Shown here piece by piece: positions 23,699 to 35,934 of a stretch of DNA of 64,000 nucleotides. Numbering within the stretch: position 1 is the first letter of the stretch; the number at the start of each line of letters is the position of its first letter. The notes under the pieces were generated by a model. The model did no database searches. It saw only the letters and a list, made by a program, of their open reading frames with translations, and had not been told where the DNA came from. The position numbers and the translations under genes were made by a program. Source of the DNA: Utricularia gibba (taxonomy: Eukaryota > Plantae > Magnoliophyta); the NCBI GenBank assembly GCA_002189035.1, contig NEEC01000016.1, positions 1,860,001 to 1,924,000 on the forward strand, given 5' to 3'.

Positions 23699-25063
23699 AT
23701 GGCTTCTGTGTTCTTATATCATGTTGTTGGGGATCTAACGGTGGGGAAGCCGGAGGTGTCGGAGTTCTTAGAGACTGAAACGGTGGCTTCCGCCATTCAG
23801 GCGATTGGGAATTCCTCAGAAGGAGCGGTTCTTCTTTGGAGAAAGAGATCGCAAAAAGCCATTGTGGAGAATGCGGAAACGAGACAACAAAGATTTGTAG
23901 GCATTCTTAATGCATTGGATATTGTCGCTTTCTTGGCCAGAGACGAGTCTTTGGCTGATCAGGACAAAGCCCTCAAGACACCTGTTTCCGATGTTGTTGT
24001 TCCTCATAACTCTGCCCTCTCCGTCGTCGATCCTGGCACCAGGTTTGGACCCCTAAGTTCCGGCGGTTCTTTCATCCCATCTAGTGCTGGTGTTCTTGCT
24101 GATACATCTTTGCTGTTTCATAGACAATGGATTTACGTTGTGTTTTTGTCTGGTTTGCTTGTGCTGCTTAGATTGATAGATGCACTGGAAATGATGAAAC
24201 AGGGGGTCAAGAGGCTTCTTGTGCCCAAGAATCTGATGTGGAGAGGAATGAGCAAACGCTTCTCCGTTCTTTACAATGGAAAATGGCTAAAAAATGCAGA
24301 CGCTTTGGCCAACTCCACTTGGCCTTCGCCATCCTCTTCAACTTCCTCTTTTCAAGACAAATTTTGCTGCCTCTCCAGAGAAGATGTCCTCCGTTTCCTC
24401 ATTGGTTGTCTAGGAGCTTTAGCCCCCATACCCCTCTCATCCATTTCATCCGTGAAAGCCATCAACCCCAATTATTCCCACATCGAAGCGTCGTCCCCGG
24501 CAATGGAAGTCACCAAGAACGCTCCCCATGATCCATCAGCTGTTGCAGTTGTAGAGCCAACTCCAGATGGCCGGTACAAGATTATAGGCGACATTTCATC
24601 AGTGAAGCTATGGAAATGTGACTATGTAGCTGCTGCCTGGGCACTAGCCAACTTATCTGCCGGACAGTTTGTTATGGGGGTGGAAGACGGTACGGCTCCA
24701 CCATCAGAGCCAGATGTGGATCGGAATGAAGCTTCCACCGGAGGGGCCAGTTTGGGAAACGGGGCGACGGTTCCAACTCGTGCGAGGAAGTTCAGCAGCA
24801 GAAGCATTGGGTTCTTCAGCAACTCAGCAACGTCTGGTGGTGTGAGCAGGAGCATGTATCGTGGTAGAAGTGCACCCTTGACTTGCAAGACAAACAGCTC
24901 GCTCGCTGCGGTTATGGCGCAGATGCTGTCTCACAGGGCGACCCATGTTTGGGTTACTGATGTTGAGAAGGAAGACGATCTGGTTGGTGTTGTGGGATAT
25001 GCAGACGTCTTGGCTGCAGTCACCAGGCAACCTCCCATGGCGGTTGCCGATAATGGTGCTTAG
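23699..25063 (+). CDS. CBSX6: CBS domain-containing protein CBSX6-like
   Basis: MASVFLYHVVGDLTVGKPE start, GMSKRFSVLYNGKWLK, RGRSAPLTCKTNSSLAAVMAQMLSHRATHVWV. One GT-AG intron at 24043-24171; spliced product 411 aa. Confidence 0.92.
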   Translation: MASVFLYHVVGDLTVGKPEVSEFLETETVASAIQAIGNSSEGAVLLWRKRSQKAIVENAETRQQRFVGILNALDIVAFLARDESLADQDKALKTPVSDVVVPHNSALSVVDPGTRFGPLSSGGSFIPSSAGVLADTSLLFHRQWIYVVFLSGLLVLLRLIDALEMMKQGVKRLLVPKNLMWRGMSKRFSVLYNGKWLKNADALANSTWPSPSSSTSSFQDKFCCLSREDVLRFLIGCLGALAPIPLSSISSVKAINPNYSHIEASSPAMEVTKNAPHDPSAVAVVEPTPDGRYKIIGDISSVKLWKCDYVAAAWALANLSAGQFVMGVEDGTAPPSEPDVDRNEASTGGASLGNGATVPTRARKFSSRSIGFFSNSATSGGVSRSMYRGRSAPLTCKTNSSLAAVMAQMLSHRATHVWVTDVEKEDDLVGVVGYADVLAAVTRQPPMAVADNGA

Positions 25064-25307
25064 TTTTGTTCTCTGCTTGTGATTTGCCAAAAAAGAAAAA
25101 AAAAAAAACAGATGACATTTATACGAATCCTATCTTACAGGTGATGCGAAGACGATGACTCTGCAGTCTTTCTGAGGGAGAGTACTAATAAACTGAAAAA
25201 AATTCCCCATGTTAACTAAACGGGTCATAAGCCCAAAGCTTTCCCGGCGATTAAATTAGGATTCGATTTCAACCCTGAACTGGGACCGTCGGAAAGTCTT
25301 GGGTTCC

Positions 25308-28300
25308 ATGGCGGAGCATGCCGGAGTCGATGTGGACGCTCTTCTGCTGTCTATCGGAGAAGATGATTCCAGTGAAGAGGACTTATACGACTCTCGCGGC
25401 AATCGCAGTGTAGATGAGATTCTTCTTAATCATGCTTCTCCATCTCAATCTCCTTCAGCATCCCCTCCCTCTTCCTATTCTACTCACCGTTATTTCCTCC
25501 ACTCCGTCAAATCCACCGAAGCGGACGCTGCCTCTGGTGATCGTGATTCTGATAGACGCAGTTCAGTTTCTGTTCCGTCTAAAAGAAGCACTGGAATTAA
25601 TCATTCAGGGACTGGTTTTCCTCTTCTATTTGGTGGTGGAATTGTTCCTAGTGCAAAACCAGGGGCTGCACTGGCCGCCGCTACTGCCGCTTCGCGGGCA
25701 ATTCCCACACCTCACGCTGCAGCAATTAAGACTAGGAGAGCTAGGATTCCTGTTACCCAGAGGTGGGTTTTTGATGAGAAGGAGGATGCTTTCAGCAATG
25801 GAAGTTCGCAGTTGTCGACGTCAGACGTGGATGTCGTTGTTTCCGCCAGTGGGCGTGCTTCCGGAACTGTTTTAGATGGTTCGCATCTCTCTCCGAATAA
25901 GGATGCCGAGTTTCCTGAGGAAAAAGAGCCTACACTGGGAATATTTTCTCCTGCTGCCGGCTCAAGAAAGGATTTTGACTCTTTTTCTGAACGTAGTTAT
26001 CTTAGGAAATCTGAAGCGGTTGCTGAGATTACGTTGCAGGCATCTACTTCACTCAGGGGTGATGACAATGACCTACAGAGTGTTGAGGAGCATGAAGGCT
26101 GTGGACCGTCATCTGGAAACTCTCACAATGCATCTTCAATTGAGATGTCGCAGGAACTCCCGATTTTAGATGAAGGAATCAAAGATTATCGTGAAGATTC
26201 TCCATCTCCTGAGCACAGAAATACTAACGCGCCTTTCCCTGGTGCAACTTGCGTTGAAAATGATGAAGGTATAAGTGAAGAAGAGGCGCTGAGTAATGTT
26301 AATGTAATCACTAAAGAGTACGGTGATAGTTCTAACCCACAAAATGGTGGTGTATGTGGTTCATTTGAAGATGTGCATTCTCAGAAAGACAATGACGATG
26401 GAGGTTCTAATTTGCAGCTGAACTCTGATCCGTCTCTGAAGCCACTTGATTTGGCGGAAGATATTGAGAAGAAACAAGCTTCTACTGGCATGCATTATGA
26501 AGAAGGTGCTGCAGCCCTTCCAATGAGGCTCGAGGGTGTGCAAATCAGATCGAATGCATTGGGCTTCTTTGATGTTAATTCGAAAAATGCTGTCACTCGA
26601 TCAATCTCAACCCAAGCTTTCCAGCGAGATCATGGGTCCCCAAAAGTAATTGCTGTACATTCCAACTGCATAGCTGTTGGAATGTCCAAGGGATCAGTGT
26701 TTGTTTTTCCTAGCAAGGGCATTGATCATCAGATTGACATCATAGACTCAAGGGTACATGTTATCAGATGATTTGAAGTACTTGTGATTCAACTACACTC
26801 TGTTGCTAATGTTGAACTCGAATGCTCTTTCAGATGATTTCACTTGGTTTACAAGGGGACAGATCTAACATCCCTGTAACTTCCTTGTGCTTCAATCTAC
26901 AAGGAGATCTACTTTTTTCTGGATATGGTGATGGCCATTGCACTGTCTGGGACATACAGAAGGCCTCTGCACTAAAAGTTGTAACTGAGCATAGAGCTCC
27001 AATAGTTCACTTGCTACATCTGGGCTCTTCTCGTGAGTTTAACCTGCTGAGTGGTGACAGCAAGGGAGTGGTCAAGCTGCTCCAGTTTTCTGTTTCACAG
27101 TGGCTTAACAGGATATCCCACACAAAAACATTGGTAAAGAAAAAAAAATTATAAACTAAAATCTTGATTATTGACTGTTAATAAGTGTTGTAGCAAAAGC
27201 TATATATAGTCATCCTATTGCTACAGAAACTTTTGGATGAGTCAACAAGCCGAGTTGTTTGTGCTTCTCCATTGCTTCATGATGATGAGAGCGTCTTTAG
27301 GAATAGCAGTGATGCTTCTGCTATTGCTAGCAGCATAACCGGGGTCATGAATAATGATGGAGCTGTTGTCCTTGTTACACGTCAGTCTGCTCTTGTGGTG
27401 AGTGTCTCATGCAGGAGGGGTGTTTATCTTTGCTTCTCGTTGCACACCATTAATTTTCTCTGTTGCATCTCATTTCTGTTAGGCAAAAGTTAGTCCCAGT
27501 GTAGAAGTGTACACGCAACTGCCAAAACCCACTGGGGTTGCTGAAGGTGTATTGCCATATGTTGCATGGAAATCTGTGTCACAGCCTTCTTATTTCCCAT
27601 CTGGTAATTATGATAAGGCTGGAAATGCTTTTTCTAGCCGCTGTTACTTCTCTACGGAATGCTTATTTTACCTTTAATGCAGAAAATTCATCTACTGAGA
27701 TGTCAGAGAAAATTTCACTGCTTGCCATTGCTTGGGATCAGACAGTTCAGGTTGTTAAGCTCATTAATTTCAAGGTAAAGGATCTGAGGAATTTAACCAC
27801 TGAACATGGAGTTATAGGTCTCACGTGGTTGGGGGATCAGGTACACAATGCATCTGTACTACTCTACCTTACTTGTTCAGCATTTCAAGTCATATTTTCA
27901 ATCACTAAATAAATTTACACTGTATGCAATTATCTATATTCCGTATGTAGGTTTTGGCAGTCATCGCTCTGACTGGGCTTCTCTACTTGTACACGAAAGA
28001 TGGAGCATTGATTCACCAGGCAAGATTTTCAGAGGAGTTTCAAGGAAATGATATCATCTCTTGCCACCGATACTTCACTGATTCTTTCGGGAATCATGAA
28101 AAAGCTTATCATAACAGTATTTCTGTTAGGGGTGCTACCATATACTTACTTGGGCATGAGAACCTTATAGTTTGCCGTCTCCTTTCTTGGAAAGAGCAAA
28201 TTGAAGTTCTTTGGAAAGCAGGTGACTGGGAGGGTGCCTTAAACACAGGGATATCAATATATGACGGTAAATCACATGGTGTTGTTGACCTTCCTAGAAA

Positions 28301-31300
28301 TTTGGATGAATTGCAACAAACTGTGATTCCGTATCTTGTGGAGTTGGTTAATTTGTACATCAAGGAAGTTTTTTCCTATATATCTATGGCAACGCGCAGC
28401 CAAAATCCTATGCTAGAGCAATCTGATGATATCAAGGATCAATATGTGCACGCTGGTGGTGTTGCAGTTGAATTTTGTCTGCACATCAAGAAAACTGACA
28501 TCCTGTTTGATCATATAATGCCTAAATTCGTCGATTCTCAACAGCAAGGTGCTTCTCCATTTTGTTTGTCTCTATACAGATTTTCTAATAGTTTTTACGT
28601 TCAAGTTCCCTGTTTTCCATTCATGCATTCTGTTTTTATTGGCTTTTCGTTTCCATAACTCCAGTCTAAGATGGCATTTCATCACTTGGCTTCAGTGGAA
28701 AAATTTAATGTTTTTCTTGTAGAGACGTTTTTGGAAATCCTAGAACCCTATATTTTGAAGGATATGCTAGGATCCCTGCCCCCGGCGGTATTCATCAGAT
28801 ATTCCATTATTGACTTTTCATTTCATTGTGTTTTTTCTCTTCTCATTTTTTTTTTCATGTTCTCGTTTTGAAGATCATGCAATCACTGGTAGAATATTAC
28901 AGCAGAAGAGGATGGCTGCAGAGAATTGAGCAATGCATCCTTCACATGGATATTATGTCTTTGGATTTCAATCAGGTAATTATTTTCGTATGTCCACATT
29001 TGAGGTGGTAGTTATAACCTTTTGAACTTGCCTGTGTTAGAATATAGGGTTCATTCTCGTTTTCTCACAAACTTTTTGTTGTATTGCTTTTTGGAATTCT
29101 GCAGCATCTGATTGTTTTCCTTAGGTCATTCTCTTGTGTAGGGAACATGGGCTGCACCGTGCATTGATATATTTGTTTAGCAAGGGTTTAGATGATTTTA
29201 GAACGCCTCTTGAAGAGCTCATGGCTGTTTTACAAAGTACCCCAATAGAAGAGGCCACCTCTCTTGGGTAATTTGCCTTGATTTACAATGTGCGCCTGGA
29301 AATATTAATTAATGTCAGAGATATCTTTTATTGTTCTGGTGTTCTCATTGCTCTTCTCTTTCTTATCCACCATGTGGTCCATATATGCAGTTACAGGGTG
29401 CTTGTTTACCTCAAGTATTGCTTCCTGGGGCTTGCCTTCCCTCCAGGTTTGGATGATTTTAGGTTCAGCATGTCTTCTTTAAATACATATATGAGATAAT
29501 TCGCGCAATGTATAGATATTTTTTTGTCTTAAATTAGTAAGCTAATCTTGCCTCAGTTTTGATGCTCTAGTGATACAACCTCTGTTGAATAGTTTATAGT
29601 CTAGGTTGTTTTCAATCTTAAGAATGTTATTCATACGTTTTTTGCTCTGGTAGCCTTCAAGTATAAAAAGGATGTTGGAGATTTAATAAAAAAAATGACA
29701 TTTATTGAGTTGCTATGTCCAGGACATGGAAATATCGCCCTTAATCGTCTGCCTTCTCTAAGAAAGGAGCTCTTAAATTTTCTGCTGAATGACTCCGGTG
29801 CAAAGAATTCTCAGCCTGCAACCAGTTCACCATTGCATGAGTACAATGCGAACCTGTTGTGTCTTTTAAAGTTGGATACTGAGGCTACACTAGAGGTCTT
29901 GAAATGTGCTTTTGTAGATGTTCCATTTCCTAACTCAACTGATGCTACCCAGGCATCAAATGATTTCAAAGAACAACTGGAAGAAAGCAAAAATCTAGTG
30001 CAAAAGGTTGTTGATATTCTGTGTGGCATAGTTGGATCTTGGAAATCACCAAGGGGCACAGAGGCTCCCAGTTGCGATATGAACTTGATAGAAGATTGGC
30101 CTTCACAGAAAGATAGAGCGCACATTTATGATTTTACAGCATACTATGTGGCTTGTGAACGGGCCAATGTATCTAGATCCATGCTGACTCAAATTTTAGA
30201 GTACTTAACAGAAGAAGTTGCAAGATGGGATTCAGCGTCCGCAGAGGAAGTTGAAGTCTTCAAAAGAAGGGAGAAACAATTGCTTTCACTGCTGTATTCT
30301 CTGCCAATAACTATCTGGGACGCCAGTTATTTGTTTCATTTGGCAGAACAGGCTCAATTTTATCAGGTATAGTAGTTTTTTTTCTTTTCTTTTGAATTAA
30401 GTTCTCATCGATATGTTGTCCTCACTGCAGGTTTGTGGTTACATCCATGCTGTCAATCATCAAGATGATGCTGCCATGGACAATTACATGAAAGCATTCT
30501 ATGAACCAATACACACCTTCGTTTTTATTCACAATAGACTGGGTACACTGACTGGTGGGGAGTATGATGCATTCGAGATTGCTGTTATTTCCCGGTTTTC
30601 TGGTCTTATTAAACTCAGCAGGTGATTTTTGGGTATATTCATGTTTTATTAACTGTTATCATTTTGTTTTCTGCACTGACGATTATTTTTCTTTGAGATG
30701 TTACAGAGAGTGTAGTTACCTTTTAATTATCCATCATTTTCTGGGGAAGTACCAAGATATCCTATCCAAACTTCACCCTCAGCCGGAAAGCCTTTTCCTT
30801 TTTTTAAAGACAGTCATTGAGGTTCACCAAACTGGCACCCTTAATCTTTCATGTTTAGAAAAAGTGGAACCTTTTTATTCGACTAGTGCAACAGGAGCTC
30901 AAAAGCAATCAGGTGCTGTGCAAGCCTATGTTGATTTTTTAACCAGCTCCAGAAAACTTCTGCAAAATAATCAAATTAATTTGACTGATGAGCTGCTGCA
31001 GGAATATTTTGTGGTATGACATTTTCTGGAACAGTTTATATTTCTCCAATTTAAAAAATATTCCATGTTCTTTATAAACTGTAGCTGAGTCTTAGGTTTA
31101 CCCCTAAAGAATGGCTATGTGCATTTATTTTTGTTTGATGGCTGATACCTTCCTTTTTCCTTTGAAGCTGCTATGTCGGTATGATCGTGAATCAGTTCTC
31201 CATTACTTGGAGACGTCCGAAAGTTATAGTCTGGAGCACTGTTTACGTTTATGCAAGGAATATGGTATAATTGATGCTGCTTCCTACTTGTTAGAAAGAG

Positions 31301-32912
31301 CTGGTGATGTTGGAAGTGCACTTCTCCTCAATCTTTCTAGTCTTGGACCGAAATTCACCATCCTTGAGAGTGAGATCCAGAAAGACCTCTCTGCTGGGAT
31401 CGCAGACAATCTCAGTGCTGCTATTCAGAACAGAAAAACGGTAGCCTTGAACTTCAATTTTTTCAGTTCCCAAATCTATCTCTTGTGGGTTCTCTTTTCG
31501 TTCTTCTGATTTACCTCTTCAGTAAAATTGGTCATCACATTATTGCAGGTAGCTGAAATACATGGTATCATGCACTTGTGTATTGGATTATGCAAGAGAA
31601 ATAGTTCACGTCTGAAAGCTGAGGAATCTGATTCCCTGTGGTTTCATCTGCTTGACTTGTAGGCCATCATTTCTAAAGTTTATTTCCTTGTCCTTTTCTT
31701 TTTATGCTTCAAGTTTGCAGCATGCCATGGCAATGTGTGCAAAGAGTATCATATACATTTCACGGTGCTCATAAGCCAACAAATGCTAATACTTTCTCCA
31801 TTATTGCAGTTTTTTTCAACCCCTGTCAGGTTCATTGAATAATAATGCGATATTTAAGGGAGAGGAGATCAAGAAGTACATTGACCCATCTGTGAGTAGG
31901 CTAATTGATGAGGAGGGACAAAAGTTTCGATGGAATTTCTCCATCAGTTCCAGAAGAACCCCCATCATGAGAAAACTTTTCACCCTGTTTATTAAAGAAA
32001 TCGTTGAGGGAATGATTGGATATGTTCAGCTCCCAAGAATCATGCTCAAACTTATCTCTGTTGGCGATCATGAATTTGGAGATGTCAAGCATATTATCCT
32101 CGGATTGCTTGGGACCTACGATTTTGAGAGAAGAATTCTGGTGTGCCACTTGCTCATTCTTCTAGCGATACATTAGCATATTTTTCTTATGAAATGTGTT
32201 TTTCTCAGGACTCAGCAAAAAGCTTGATAGATGATGATACATATTTTATCATGAACCAGCTGAGGAAAAGGGCTTCTCATGGCTATGCTCCCCGAAGCTT
32301 GGTCTGTTGCATCTGTAACTCCATCACTGCCAAGGATTCTGAATTTCAACTCTTTAGCTGCGGTCATGCAGTGCATCTCGAATGCAATACCTCTGTAGGA
32401 TGCCCCGTTTGTCTCTGTCAAAATAAGGGCTACGGTTCAAGCTCCAGACTATCGGAGAATGGTCTAGTAAACAGGTCTGCTTCGGTGTCAAGGCAATCTT
32501 CGCATTATCATGACCGTGAAAGTTCAGAAAACTCACATGGCTTGCCTGCACCATCAAGGGTACTTTATGGCTCTCGTTCACTTACCCAGCACACATGCTA
32601 CAGTTTTTTTCTTTTTGTCTATTTGGAGAAACACAAATACTGAGACGCACATGAACCCTGTTGCAACAGATTAGCCTATTGCATCATCTGGAAAAGGATC
32701 AGAATACTACTGATGTTGAAAGTATGCCTCAGTTGAGGCTTGCGCCACCAGCCCTATACCATGACAAGGTCAAGAAGGGAGTTGATATATTCTCTGGAAA
32801 ACAGACCGCAGAGAGGTCTAATCGAAAGCAGCCTGGCAAACTGCACATGAAAGAGTCACCAGATCGTGCCTTTTTGAAGTCAAGGATACTCAGCAAGTGG
32901 TCAGGATTATGA
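25308..32912 (+). CDS. VPS8: Vacuolar protein sorting 8 (CORVET subunit; WD40, Vps8 domain, CHCR, RING-H2)
   Basis: 18 exons traced in consistent phase. KPLDLAEDIEKK, EEGAAALPMRLEG, ETFLEILEPYILKDMLGSLPP, LLCRYDRESVLHYLE, RING CCICN...CGHAVHLEC...CPVC. Confidence 0.93.
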
Positions 32913-33430
32913 GCTGCTCTTCCCATCTTGATGCCCATTGCCATGGATGCGGGAAGATGAGGACCACTGCATTGCATACTTCTTTTGCCTCCATTTTGGT
33001 TTATGGGTTATTGCGGTGTTGTAGCAGAGATGAGAAGGTGTGCATAGAGGCAAGCGTCTGTACTTAGAGATAATTGCACCATAAATCACCATTATTTAAT
33101 TTAATGACAAAAATAGTTTTTTCCTATTTGATACAAATTGTGTGTTTAATCTTCATTTATAAAATGTTGAAGTATATTTGGTTTAATATATTATTTGTAT
33201 TGTAAATATAATGTAACATTTTACTATAATACGAGAAAAATAAATAAAAAGAAAATAGTTTTTCATTATTTCAGTTTGTTCGAAATCTCTAAATTATTAT
33301 CTTCTTCTTAATTTCATTATTGTAATTTATTCTTCAATTTCTTATTGGTGTTGAAGCAAAGTTGATCTCGATATTGTTATGCCTCTTTCATCTTTTTTAT
33401 TTACACATAATTTTACTATATACTACCAAT

Positions 33431-35918
33431 TGTGATGACCCAACCTAAATTATCCCAAAAGTGACACTTTCTTCATCAATTTGATATCTAGTGTTCTCAT
33501 GTATGATTTATCCTATTTGACTTTTATAAGGGGTGAGGTGTTCTAAGTAGCACTAAACTAGCTCCCCTAAGGTGCCATGTACCCCATCGGAAAACACTAC
33601 TTTTTTCGATAAAATGATATCCAGTGTCATCACATGGATTTTTGCAATTTCTATATATATATCAGAAACTACAGCCTAAAAGTTTAGATCATTACCTTGC
33701 TCACGGTGGCATTCATCCATCAATATGCCTCGATCTCACTCATGAGCAGCATGACCATCAACCCTTTTCATGTGCTTGGGCTGCAACGATATTAAGAGTG
33801 TTTAAAACTTTTAAAGCCAACATCATAAAATAGTTCGCAACAAGTCGATGTACGTAAAAGCATGTGTATGGAAGAGTTTAAGAACCTGACTCCCGGAACC
33901 TTGCATCTCTTGGTTCACCTGGCCACACCTTCACACATCCCATCCGCTCCTTCATACGACCCATCTTGTACTTACATACAAGAAGGGGGTTAACTTATAT
34001 GTAGGGTAGACTACACTATCAAACATGAGAACTTGTGGTCATAAACGTAAACTCATGCATTGTATGACCCAAAGATCCCTTAGACTCTCTTTCCCATGAT
34101 ATCGAATCACACTGCCTTCAAAAGAGATTCCAACCATGGTGACCCATCCTAACCTTACTCTCATTGAAGCTCATGACTACATCTTCCCCTGATTTATATT
34201 GGGGTTACTATTAGAGATACCTCAATCAAAATTCCGATCCCACCTCGTCAGGCTCGATTCACATCTCAACTCTTCGGCCCTTACACATACAATAAACCTT
34301 TGCGAGTTTCCCCTTAGTATAGATTGTTCGTATAATTACTGTCATCATCATCATAGTAGGCTATATCCCTTTCTTTCTTCATCATATTGGTGCTCTTTTC
34401 TTCTCTTTCTTGGTGTGATGGTGATGGTGTAGTCCAAGATGTCCACTCCCAAGTGTTACACGGGTTGGACACACTTCACCACATTTTGTCCAACTACTCA
34501 TGGGCTGCATACATCTTTTCATACCCATTTATTCCATGTCTCCCATGCTCCTTCATGGATCCACTTCTTTAAGGATTGTCAATTGAGTTATTTGGATCTA
34601 TCCCTAACATTTGGGTATGGTCAAGCCTTCTCTTCATCCTCTACATCCATGCAAGTGCCTTAGGTCTTCCCACCTTCATTGCTTCTTTACACTCGAGTTC
34701 CTTGCTCATTACTAGCCACACTTATCTTCGCATACATAATTTTGATTCCCTCTTCGCACCTCTTGAGTGAAGCACTCTACAATGCCATGGGCTCCATCGG
34801 GCCATCCCATGCCCATGTGCCATGTCATATGGTGAGAATAGTCCGAAACAAAGTCATGAGAGTCCCAACAAAAAGGGTTACTCACCCGTCCTACATCTAC
34901 CCATGCACACACCTAATGCAGTAGATCCTCAATAATCCCTCTGATGTGACCCATGTTTGCTCGGTCACTTAGCACCTCCATCAGCTGCTCCACCCCCATG
35001 CACCCCATTTACGCCAACATGGAACCAATGGTTAGTGCTCTCGTGCGATTCATCCCTCAATCGACATAATTACTACTCATTCTCATTGAGTGAGACCACT
35101 CAAGTGGTCATCCAATCGAAGTGCTCTCGCTTGTCACTCCCCATGTGAGTGGTGTCTAGGCCTCGTGTCTACCAACGTCGGCTATCATATTGTCACACTC
35201 GCATCATGGCATTGCCACTATGGGCATCAACATCAGTCCCATAAATTAATTAACCTCGTTCTACTAAGCTCATGCTCAGTGTTGCCACCACAGGCATCAA
35301 TTGCAGCCCCACTCATAACAAGCTCGTTTGGCCTTGTACTACCTTGATCTCGGTGCTTGCATTGCTGTCATAGGCATCAACTACAACCCCACTCGCATCA
35401 GCTCATTTGGCCTCCTACTGCTCAATGCTAGTTGCTCGGAATTGCCATGATGTGTGTCAACTTTAGCTCCAATTATTGCCGTTGTCCCGTAGAGGGTGAA
35501 GTGCCTCGCCACCACCTCGCGGTGAATGACACGCCTCTATACATCTCTATGAAGTTAGTCACTCGCTTGCTCTTAGGATACCCTCTTACCATAATGTGGC
35601 ATAGCTTCCTCAGTTGCCCCTCAAGTTGGTTAGTGCCTCCATTTTGTAACCTTGTTGTATTTGCAATGCATATCCCTCATTTATACTCAATATGGCATAT
35701 CTCCACACACCTTCATTTCATCATGTCATTCAATGTTCTGTGGCAGTTGTTGATCTTAGATGTACTTGAACATGTTATGGTGCTCCTACATATTGTAGGA
35801 AGGTGCCGCACATTACCATGGCCCATCAATTTCCTAGCACACCACCTACCCTCACCACAAGCCTACCATTATGCCGTCTTGTCTTACGTAAGCGGGTAGC
35901 CCAATGTTTGGTGTTACA
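33431..35918 (-). repeat. 3' LTR (about 2.5 kb) of the Tekay element
   Basis: Plus-strand termini TGTGATGACCC ... GGTGTTACA; directly adjacent to the polypurine tract. Confidence 0.7.
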
Positions 35919-35934
35919 ATTCTCCCCTGCTTAA
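35919..35934 (-). other. Polypurine tract of the Tekay element
   Basis: Minus strand TTAAGCAGGGGAGAAT followed by TGTAACACC; matches the Tekay TTAAGGGGGGGAGAAT-TGTAAC pattern. Confidence 0.8.
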
